This document shows positions 8,059 to 15,203 of a stretch of 35,116 nt of DNA, piece by piece. The translations under genes were made by a program, and so were the position numbers. The stretch is from positions 520 through 35,635 of the forward strand of contig CAZYDZ010000002.1 of NCBI GenBank assembly GCA_964646535.1. The letters run 5' to 3'. The notes below the pieces were generated by a model, which saw nothing but the letters and a program-made list of their open reading frames with translations, was not told where the DNA came from and made no database searches. Source of the stretch: an uncultured Opitutaceae bacterium (GTDB lineage Bacteria > Verrucomicrobiota > Verrucomicrobiia > Opitutales > UBA2995). Positions within the stretch are counted from its first letter, which is position 1, and every line of letters begins with the position of its first letter.

Positions 8059-8190
8059 TCACACGAAGCCGTGAAGGAATAGCATCTCACCACAGATGAA
8101 CGCCGAGTTTCGCAGATGAATTCTGTAGGAGCGGCTTTACGCCGCGACCATGCCCCAATAGCCATTCGGGTCGCGGCGTAAAGCCGCACA
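8059..8190. repeat. composite intergenic repeat ending in a REP-like inverted pair
   Basis: CACACGAAGCCGTGAAGGAAT module, then CACCACAGATGAA..CGCAGATGAA module, then CTGTAGGAGCGGCTTTACGCCGCGACC (8123..8149). The inverted partner GGTCGCGGCGTAAAGCCGC is at 8169..8187, giving a 19-bp perfect stem (8131..8149 / 8169..8187). Lies between the convergent gnd and globin genes. Confidence 0.75.
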
Positions 8191-8266
8191 TAGACCAACA
8201 CGGGCGACACAGAGATCGCCCCTCCATAGAACTTCTCTTTGTGTGCTTGATGAGAGATAGATCCGT

Positions 8267-8674
8267 CTATTCGCCTGCGTTTTCCTGGGCGACTTGTTGC
8301 AGGATCATGCGCAACCGCTGGCCGATGTTTTCTGCCAGAGCGATCATTTCTTCGGCTTCTGTGGCAGGGAGGTGAATTTTACAGTTCCTATGCCACAGGC
8401 CGAGCCAGGCGGCAAAGTGTTTTTCCTCCAGGCCCAGGGCAACGTGTTTCCATGGCATCCCACCCCGATAAAGCACAGGCCCACCCGTAATGCCGGACCA
8501 AAACCCCGCAATTTTATCCAGATGAGCGGGCCAGTCTTGTATATGTTTGTTGAAAATAGGACCGATTTCCTGATGTTGGCGAACATCCGCATAGAAATGC
8601 CAGAGCAGCGTGTCCAATTGCGGACGTCCGCCCATGCGTTCGTACAGGGAGGTGCGAGTCGATTCAGAAATCAT
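8267..8674 (-). CDS. group III truncated hemoglobin (Ctb/trHbP-like globin)
   Basis: FYADVRQHQEIGPIFNKHIQDWPAHLDKIAGFWSGITGGPVLYRGGMPWKHVALGLEEKHFAAWLGLW parallels the Campylobacter Ctb-type trHb pattern (lgpiFn...H..ki..FW...Y.G.p...H...hF..WL). Confidence 0.8.
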   Translation of the reverse strand: MISESTRTSLYERMGGRPQLDTLLWHFYADVRQHQEIGPIFNKHIQDWPAHLDKIAGFWSGITGGPVLYRGGMPWKHVALGLEEKHFAAWLGLWHRNCKIHLPATEAEEMIALAENIGQRLRMILQQVAQENAGE

Positions 8675-9000
8675 GAGTTTCGTTCAAAGTTGCGTTCGTA
8701 TAGGAGCTGACAAACGCTAATATGGTACTCCTGATAGAATTCCGCAATACCCCGCTTCTTGGCTTCCAGGTGTTTGTGATCCTTGTTCCATATCTGATGG
8801 TTTTCCATGTTGTCGAACTCTACCACGGTCAACCGCTCACCATCGGCTGCAGTGAATGTCTTCGCATAGAGAAATCCTGGAGAGGCTTTGGCCAGCGCAT
8901 AGATTTCAGGCGCATACTCAGCGTAAACTTCTCGCTGCCCTTCTCTCAGGCGGGAACGGAATACGGTGACGATCTTCTGGTTTTTGGGCTCTGTTTTCAT
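8671..9000 (-). CDS. antibiotic-biosynthesis-monooxygenase (ABM) domain protein
   Basis: The internal ATG at 9000 is preferred over the long ORF start at 9231, which would overlap marR. MKTEPKNQKIVTVFRSRLREGQ...PGFLYAKTF...TVVEFDNMENHQIWNKDHKHLEA fits the ABM ferredoxin-like fold pattern. It has a 4-nt overlap with the globin start. Confidence 0.7.
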   Translation of the reverse strand: MKTEPKNQKIVTVFRSRLREGQREVYAEYAPEIYALAKASPGFLYAKTFTAADGERLTVVEFDNMENHQIWNKDHKHLEAKKRGIAEFYQEYHISVCQLLYERNFERNS

Positions 9001-9023
9001 GGTCGTTGAAAAATAAATACGTA

Positions 9024-9536
9024 TTAAGAATCGATATCCTGTAATTCGGCAGCCAGGCAGGCGGGGCTTGAATAGCTGTTGCTGGAACGATTCTCTTGTA
9101 TGGCGGCCGGTTCCTGGGAGACATCGCGCAACAGTTTTGCCATTTGTGGTCCCGAATAGTGCAGGGCCGTGCGGTGTACGCGATAGAGCTGCTCCAGAAT
9201 CTGCAGGCCTTTGGGTTTGAGTGTAATCCATACCTGCCGCTTGTCCTCCACCCCTGTTTCACGCTGTACCAGACCTTGCGCCTCCATGCGGTTTACCATG
9301 CCAACCATACTGTGATGGGTAACACACATCTGCTCTGCCAATTCTCCAATGGTGACGCGATTGCGACCTGGATATCCTTCTATGGCGAGTAATGCCTGAT
9401 ATTGTTGTGGGCTGATCCCGTGTTTGCGGGCTTCCTGCTCGCTGAATCCTAAAAATCGGCGCAGACGATAACGAAACTCTGCCAATAATTCGTAATCGGT
9501 TTTGGTCAGTGGTGCGGAGATCTTCAATCTTGTCAT
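9024..9536 (-). CDS. MarR family transcriptional regulator
   Basis: ISPQQYQALLAIEGYPGRNRVTIGELAEQMCVTHHSMVGMVNRMEAQGLVQRETGVEDKRQVWITLKPKG is a typical MarR winged HTH. The start is taken at ATG 9536 (MTRLKI); an alternative upstream start lies at 9572. Confidence 0.85.
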   Translation of the reverse strand: MTRLKISAPLTKTDYELLAEFRYRLRRFLGFSEQEARKHGISPQQYQALLAIEGYPGRNRVTIGELAEQMCVTHHSMVGMVNRMEAQGLVQRETGVEDKRQVWITLKPKGLQILEQLYRVHRTALHYSGPQMAKLLRDVSQEPAAIQENRSSNSYSSPACLAAELQDIDS

Positions 9537-9539
9537 AAT

Positions 9540-9554
9540 TATCGTAATACGATA
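9540..9554. promoter_or_regulatory. 15-bp palindrome TATCGTAATACGATA abutting the marR start; candidate MarR operator
   Basis: Perfect 7-1-7 palindrome located 4 nt upstream of ATG 9536. MarR proteins typically autoregulate through palindromes that overlap their own promoter. Confidence 0.35.
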
Positions 9555-9714
9555 CAAAAGAACCTTTAGCAAGAGCTATCTCTGGCGCGAGGGATCACCG
9601 TTTTTCAATATTGGGGACGATTTGGCTTCCCTTTCGGTAAAAATCCTCCAAATATAGTGATGAAATCTTCACTATTAAGAGGGAGAAGGTAATATTATTA
9701 ACCGATTTGAATCT

Positions 9715-10773
9715 ATGGCCAAGGAATCAGCAAAACCGACCGCGTCAGACGTCCGTAAAAATCTCGACCTCGCAATTGCTGCGATTAACAAGCAGTTCGG
9801 GGAAAACTCCATAGTCCGTATGGGCGAGGCAGCCAAGAAGGACATTGATGTCATTTCCACAGGATCGATCGCGATCGACCTCGCCCTGGGCGTGGGTGGA
9901 TTGCCGCGCGGTCGCATCTGTGAGATCTATGGTCCTGAGTCCTCGGGGAAAACCACACTCTGTCTCAGCCTGATTGCCGAGGCGCAGAAACGTGGCGGCA
10001 ACGCAGTATTTGTTGATGTCGAACATGCGCTGGATCCCCGTTATGCCCGCGTGGTCGGTGTGGATCTGGACAATTTGATGGTATCCCAGCCTGACAGTGG
10101 CGAGGATGCGCTGAATATTACCGAAAGCCTGATCAGGTCGGGGGCAATCGACGTCATCGTGGTGGACTCCGTGGCAGCCTTGGTATCAAAGAATGAGCTG
10201 GAGGGTCAAATGGGCGATGCCGTGGTCGGGCAGCAGGCGCGCCTGATGAGCCAAGCCATGCGGCGCCTTACGGCGCTGATAGCCCGCACGCGTTGCGTCT
10301 GCCTTTTCACGAACCAGATTCGTGAAAAGATCGGTGTCATGTTTGGTTCACCTGAGACAACACCAGGTGGGAGCGCACTGAAGTTCTTCTCCTCCATTCG
10401 TATGGATATCCGCCGTATCGGCCAGATTAAAGAGAGTTCTGGCAAGGTGATTGGCAATCGTACCCGCGTGAAGGTAGTCAAAAACAAGGTTGCCGCTCCC
10501 TTTACCGAGTGTGAATTCGACATCATGTACACAGAAGGTATTTCCCGTACGGGCTCGATTCTCGATCTGGCTCTGGAGCACAAGATTCTGGAGAAGAAAG
10601 GAGCCTGGATTTCCTATCAGGGGAATCTGATCGGTCAGGGACGCGAAGCGGCCAAACAGCATTTGATGGAAAACGGAACATTGGCGGATGAACTGACACA
10701 GGCGATCTTCGCCCGCGTTCAGGTAGCGGGTGGCAGCGTCCTGGCGGAAAGTGATGCCATCAGTGAAGAGTAA
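9715..10773 (+). CDS. recA: recombinase RecA
   Basis: [19 protein letters not shown] (Walker A), [21 protein letters not shown] and [22 protein letters not shown]. Full-length RecA. Confidence 0.98.
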   Translation: MAKESAKPTASDVRKNLDLAIAAINKQFGENSIVRMGEAAKKDIDVISTGSIAIDLALGVGGLPRGRICEIYGPESSGKTTLCLSLIAEAQKRGGNAVFVDVEHALDPRYARVVGVDLDNLMVSQPDSGEDALNITESLIRSGAIDVIVVDSVAALVSKNELEGQMGDAVVGQQARLMSQAMRRLTALIARTRCVCLFTNQIREKIGVMFGSPETTPGGSALKFFSSIRMDIRRIGQIKESSGKVIGNRTRVKVVKNKVAAPFTECEFDIMYTEGISRTGSILDLALEHKILEKKGAWISYQGNLIGQGREAAKQHLMENGTLADELTQAIFARVQVAGGSVLAESDAISEE

Positions 10774-10787
10774 GCTCTTCTCTCCCT

Positions 10788-12152
10788 TTGAAAAGCATTC
10801 AGGATACTATTGTTGCTCCCGCAACGCCCAGCGGAGAATCCGCTTTGGCGGTAGTCCGCATCTCAGGACCGAAATGTCGGGAGCTGATTGCACTGGCGCT
10901 GCGTTGTGAGAAACCAGTGGCTAGACGGGCAACCCTGGGCAATTGGCGTTCGCTGGATGAGCGTCTGCTGGATGAGGTATTGTGGACATATTTCCCTGCC
11001 CCGCGCTCCTATACCGGGGATGATGTATTGGAAATTTCAATACACGGTAATCCTTATATTCTGGAACAGATCCTGCGGGATTTGACGCAGAGGAATATCA
11101 GGCTTGCCGATCCCGGTGAATTCACACGCAGGGCATATCTGAATGGCAAGCTGGATTTAAGCCAGGCAGAGGCGGTGGCTGATTGGATCCATGCGCGCTC
11201 GGATGCGGCGCTGCAAGCCGCACGCGCACAACGAGATGGTGCAATCTCCCGTGAGATGGCGCTGCGTTGTGAAGAATTGCTTGAGGTTATCGCTTGGTTG
11301 GAGGCGTACATAGATTTTCCAGAGGAAGATCTTCCCGATCCTGATTTTTCTCAGCCGCTCCTGCAATTGAATCAATTGTTGCAACGACTGCAACGGTTGC
11401 TGGAATCCGAGGAACGCGGCAGGTTTCTGCGGGAGGGGCTGTCCGTTGTGCTGATCGGTGAACCGAATGTTGGCAAGAGCAGTCTGCTCAATGCGCTGCT
11501 GCGTCAGGAGCGGGCTCTGGTTTCCGCCACACCAGGAACCACACGCGATTATATCACGGAGGATTTGCGCATGGGGGATTATCGTATTCGAATCACGGAT
11601 ACTGCGGGACTGAGAGGCGATAGCGAAGACCCCTTGGAAAAGCTCGGAATGGAAGCATCGCTGCGTCAGGTGCAGCAGGCCGATCTGATCCTGTGGGTGG
11701 CGGACGCGTCACGGCAAAAGTCAGCAGAATGGCAGAAAATATACCAATTACTGCCAGAGAACCGTTGGATTCAGCTATGGAACAAATCAGATCTGGGGCT
11801 GCATGAAGAATGGCATGAAAACGGTTCTCTCCCCTACCCGCATGTTGTTTTGTCGGTGCTCGATGGGAGTGGGATTGAGGAGCTGGAGAAGGAGATATTG
11901 CGTTGGATTGAAGAGCGACTTCCCCTTCCCCTCCCCGAGCAAATCTTGCTCAATGCGCGGCACGCTCATGCACTGCGCAATGCCTGCACTCATTTGCAGA
12001 CCTGTATTGATCGTTTACAAAAAGGGCACGGGACCGAACTGGTCGCTGAAGACCTGCGTGAGACACTGCATTTCTTTGAGGAAGTAGTCGGTATTGTGGA
12101 CAACGAGCGCATGCTGGACAAGCTGTTCGCCAATTTCTGTATCGGGAAATAA
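10788..12152 (+). CDS. mnmE: tRNA uridine-5-carboxymethylaminomethyl(34) synthesis GTPase MnmE
   Basis: TTG start. DTIVAPATPSGESALAVVRISG, G-domain GEPNVGKSSLLNAL / TDTAGLR / NKSD, and the C-terminal FCIGK motif. Confidence 0.95.
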   Translation: MKSIQDTIVAPATPSGESALAVVRISGPKCRELIALALRCEKPVARRATLGNWRSLDERLLDEVLWTYFPAPRSYTGDDVLEISIHGNPYILEQILRDLTQRNIRLADPGEFTRRAYLNGKLDLSQAEAVADWIHARSDAALQAARAQRDGAISREMALRCEELLEVIAWLEAYIDFPEEDLPDPDFSQPLLQLNQLLQRLQRLLESEERGRFLREGLSVVLIGEPNVGKSSLLNALLRQERALVSATPGTTRDYITEDLRMGDYRIRITDTAGLRGDSEDPLEKLGMEASLRQVQQADLILWVADASRQKSAEWQKIYQLLPENRWIQLWNKSDLGLHEEWHENGSLPYPHVVLSVLDGSGIEELEKEILRWIEERLPLPLPEQILLNARHAHALRNACTHLQTCIDRLQKGHGTELVAEDLRETLHFFEEVVGIVDNERMLDKLFANFCIGK

Positions 12153-12157
12153 CCGAT

Positions 12158-12173
12158 TGTTCCACGTGGAACA
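12158..12173. other. parS (ParB-binding centromere-like site)
   Basis: TGTTCCACGTGGAACA matches the canonical parS TGTTNCACGTGAAACA at 15/16 positions. It is a perfect palindrome, extended to 20 bp as ATTGTTCCACGTGGAACAAT (12156..12175), and lies 6 nt after the mnmE stop. Confidence 0.7.
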
Positions 12174-12215
12174 ATATGAGGAGGAATTACCATAAGGATA
12201 CAAAAACATAAATTA

Positions 12216-12456
12216 AACCACGGATTTCACAGATTGACACAGATTGGGTGTGTGGTGTGGTTCGAGGCGCTGTGGTTTCTTTGTGGGAGACTTTATTGGT
12301 GGATAATTCGTTCCACGACGGGTGTTGTTTGTCCTTCCCCCTTCTTCCTCCATTATTAATGTTATCTGCGTCATCCGCGGTTTATTTCCCTTTGGGTCTC
12401 CGTGAGAGGCCTTTCTTCTTTTCTCCTCCGCGAAAATCTGCGGGATCTGTGGTTCC
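12216..12456. repeat. MITE-like repeat element in the mnmE-mnmG spacer
   Basis: Left end AACCACGGATTTCACAGATTGACACAGATT. Right end GAAAATCTGCGGGATCTGTGGTTCC, whose reverse complement AACCACAGATCCCGCAGATT gives about 15/20 identity between the termini. The internal segment GTGAGAGGCCTTTCTTCTTTTCTCCTCCGCGAAAATCTGCGGGATCTGTGGTTCC is paralogous to 23172..23217. Confidence 0.55.
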
Positions 12457-12523
12457 TGGTGGTGATTCTTCCCGTCGAAAAAATCTTTGCCAGTATGTCC
12501 TTGGTGTGCGAGAGTAGCCCGCT

Positions 12524-14392
12524 ATGGGTAAATTGCCGGATTGGGATATCATTGTCTGTGGTGGTGGTCATGCTGGCGCAGAGGCCGCGCTTGCAGCCGC
12601 GCGTTTGGGAGTCCGTACCCTGCTATTGACGGGGAATGTGGATACCATCGGGCAGATGAGCTGTAATCCCGCCATAGGAGGACTGGCAAAGGGACATATT
12701 GTGCGCGAAATCGATGCCCTGGGTGGCGAGATGGCGGTCAATACAGACCATACTGGCATTCAATTTCGTCTGTTGAATGCGTCCAAGGGAGCTTCGGTGC
12801 AGGCGCCGCGCGCTCAATGCGATAAAAAAGCCTATCAGTACCGATTAAAGCATGTATTGGAGCTTCAGCCTAATCTGAATATTTTCCAGGCCACTGTATC
12901 GGGGCTCATTTTTAAGGGAGATCGTGTGGTCGGCTGCAAAACCCTGTTGGATATCGACTTCTACGCTAAGGCGGTGATTGTAACAACGGGTACGTTTCTG
13001 CGTGGTTTGATGCATGTTGGCAATAATCGTACCGAGGGGGGGCGCATGGGCGATTATTCGGCCAAAACACTCTCGCAGAGCTTTCTGGACGCGGGGATTG
13101 AGTTGGAGCGGTTAAAAACAGGCACACCCCCTCGCCTGTCCGGCCGTTCCATAGACTTTTCCGTAATGACGGAACAGCCGGGCGATACCAATCCCACGTT
13201 ATTCGGTTTTTACGACACACGCGAGTTGCAGGATATGTTCCACGTGGAACAATCGGGGCAACAATATCTCGGTTGGAAGCCGGGAAGTAATCAAGTCTCC
13301 TGTTGGATGACCTGGACCAGCGAGCGCAGCGAGCAGATTGTACGTGATAATTTGCATCGGTCCGCCCTGTATGGTGGTGAAATCAAAGGCATCGGTCCGC
13401 GCTATTGCCCAAGTATCGAGGATAAGTTCGTCAAATTTGCCGAAAAAGAGCGTCATTTACTCTTTTTGGAACCGGAGGGCCGCAATACCGATGAGTATTA
13501 TATCAATGGCCTTTCCACTAGCCTGCCGTTTGATGCTCAATTGGATTTGGTACATTCCATTCCTGGTTTGGAAAAGGCTAATCTGATTCGTCCGGCTTAC
13601 GCAGTGGAATATGATTTTGCTCCGCCGACACAGATTCATCCGACCCTGGAGTCGAAAAAGGTGGAAAACCTGTTTTTTGCGGGACAGATCAATGGGACCT
13701 CGGGTTATGAGGAAGCCGCGGGACAGGGCTTGATGGCAGGAATCAATGCGACTCTGAAAGTCCGCGGTGAAGCAGGTCTGGTACTTGAACGTCACGAGGC
13801 ATATATTGGCGTGTTGATTGATGATTTGGTGACCAAGGGTACGCGTGAGCCATATCGGATGTTTACCAGTCGTGCGGAATATCGTTTATTGCTGAACCAT
13901 CATAGTGCGGAGATTCGTTTGTTGCGGTATTTGCAACGTTTGCCACTGGTATCTGCGGGACGTCTGCGCCGTATTGAAGAAAAGAATCAGGCAATTGACC
14001 AATGGGTGACCAAGTTGGAGCAGATTCGTACGCAAGGGGCTACGTACGGTGAGTGGGTGCGGCGGCAAGGGGAAATCCCGCCGTTCCCAGAGGATTTTTT
14101 ACGCGAAACAGATGCGGTTCAGGAGGAGGCTCTCTACCGATTGCGCTACAAGGGGTATCTGGAAAAAGAGCTGAAGCAGATTCAACGCATGCGTGAGTGG
14201 GAGGAAGTCGTGTTGGATCCGGGGCTGGATTATAGTCGAATTCGTGGGCTGCGTAGTGAAAGCGCCCAGAAATTGCTCCAGATTGCCCCACATACCCTGG
14301 GGCAAGCCAGCCGCATTTCAGGAGTAAACCCGGCCGATATACAGGTGCTCATGGCTTGGCTGAAGCATAAGTCGAGCGTTTCCTCCAATTAA
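12524..14392 (+). CDS. mnmG: tRNA uridine-5-carboxymethylaminomethyl(34) synthesis enzyme MnmG (GidA)
   Basis: DIIVCGGGHAGAEAALAAARLG (FAD fold), SCNPAIGG, GPRYCPSIEDK and FFAGQINGTSGYEEAAGQG. Full-length GidA. Confidence 0.97.
   Translation: MGKLPDWDIIVCGGGHAGAEAALAAARLGVRTLLLTGNVDTIGQMSCNPAIGGLAKGHIVREIDALGGEMAVNTDHTGIQFRLLNASKGASVQAPRAQCDKKAYQYRLKHVLELQPNLNIFQATVSGLIFKGDRVVGCKTLLDIDFYAKAVIVTTGTFLRGLMHVGNNRTEGGRMGDYSAKTLSQSFLDAGIELERLKTGTPPRLSGRSIDFSVMTEQPGDTNPTLFGFYDTRELQDMFHVEQSGQQYLGWKPGSNQVSCWMTWTSERSEQIVRDNLHRSALYGGEIKGIGPRYCPSIEDKFVKFAEKERHLLFLEPEGRNTDEYYINGLSTSLPFDAQLDLVHSIPGLEKANLIRPAYAVEYDFAPPTQIHPTLESKKVENLFFAGQINGTSGYEEAAGQGLMAGINATLKVRGEAGLVLERHEAYIGVLIDDLVTKGTREPYRMFTSRAEYRLLLNHHSAEIRLLRYLQRLPLVSAGRLRRIEEKNQAIDQWVTKLEQIRTQGATYGEWVRRQGEIPPFPEDFLRETDAVQEEALYRLRYKGYLEKELKQIQRMREWEEVVLDPGLDYSRIRGLRSESAQKLLQIAPHTLGQASRISGVNPADIQVLMAWLKHKSSVSSN
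13236..13251. other. second parS copy, inside the mnmG coding sequence
   Basis: Identical 16-mer TGTTCCACGTGGAACA, encoding ...MFHVEQ... of MnmG. Confidence 0.65.
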
Positions 14393-14486
14393 GATATTCA
14401 CGGGTTATTCACAATCGGCAGGTGAAAGGGGGATTGCGTTCTAAGCTCTTGCCAAAACAGCCTGCACGCGCCAGTATAGTATATTG

Positions 14487-15191
14487 ATGAAAGTGCATGG
14501 CGAGGGTAAGAAAATCTTGTTAGTCGATGATGAGCAGGATGTTACGGAATTACTGATGTTCAATTTGAAGCATCAGGGATATGCCGTGCAGGCAATTCAA
14601 AACCCTTTACAAATTATGGCTAAGGCAAAGGAATTCCAGCCTGATTTGTTTATTTTGGACATCATGATGCCCGATTTGTCAGGAACTCAAATCTGCAGAA
14701 TGCTGCGCTCAGACCCAGAGTTTCAGCAGACCCCGATTATCTTTCTGACAGCGCGCGGTGAAACGGAAGACCGTATTCAGGGATTGGAATCGGGGGGAGA
14801 CGATTATATCGCAAAACCATTTGATATTCGGGAATTGATTCTTCGCGTGCAAGGCCTGCTCAAGAGGACGGAACAGAGCGGAAGCAAAAATTCTCCTCCA
14901 CAACAGTTGCAGATTGGGCAAATCGTACTCGATGAGGAAACACATACGGTAACCGTCAAGCGACAGCCTGTTGAGCTTACAGCGACAGAATTCAAGCTGT
15001 TAAAGCTGCTGATGGAGCGCAAGGGAAGGGTACAGACACGGGAAAATCTGTTGGTCAATGTATGGAACTACGATGCGGAAATCGAAACCCGTACTGTGGA
15101 TACCCATATCCGACGCTTGCGGGAGAAACTGGATGATGAAGCGGATAGAATTGAGACAATACGGGGTGTCGGCTATAAAATCGTACCCTGA
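14487..15191 (+). CDS. OmpR/PhoB-family response regulator
   Basis: KILLVDDEQD, phospho-acceptor context LFILDIMMPDLSG, and YIAKPF. The C-terminal winged helix reads RTVDTHIRRLREKL...IETIRGVGYKI. Start is ATG 14487; a TTG lies one codon upstream at 14484. Confidence 0.9.
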   Translation: MKVHGEGKKILLVDDEQDVTELLMFNLKHQGYAVQAIQNPLQIMAKAKEFQPDLFILDIMMPDLSGTQICRMLRSDPEFQQTPIIFLTARGETEDRIQGLESGGDDYIAKPFDIRELILRVQGLLKRTEQSGSKNSPPQQLQIGQIVLDEETHTVTVKRQPVELTATEFKLLKLLMERKGRVQTRENLLVNVWNYDAEIETRTVDTHIRRLREKLDDEADRIETIRGVGYKIVP

Positions 15192-15203
15192 TTTGAAATT
15201 TCC

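Noticed and set aside
12156-12175. The TGTTCC...GGAACA palindrome as a Verrucomicrobial LexA box
   Set aside because: The LexA motif I recall for this phylum has a 4-nt spacer (TGTTC-N4-GAACA). Here the spacer is 6 nt (CACGTG), and the full 16-mer matches parS at 15/16 positions. Its location (the mnmE/mnmG junction and inside mnmG) also fits parS rather than SOS genes.
12250-12275. tRNA-like T-loop string GGTTCGAGG
   Set aside because: The flanking bases do not form a T-stem, and no acceptor or anticodon arms can be drawn. The string lies inside the repeat element.
12216-12456. CCACAGAT / ATCTGTGG repeats as a CRISPR array
   Set aside because: The repeats are short, imperfect and in mixed orientation. 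They lack regular repeat-spacer periodicity and are scattered at six separate loci. No cas genes are present.
14393-14486. mnmG-response regulator spacer as an alternative oriC (TTATTCACA at 14405..14413)
   Set aside because: It has only one DnaA-box-like 9-mer, is not notably AT-rich, and is short (94 bp). It is more likely just the promoter region of the two-component operon.
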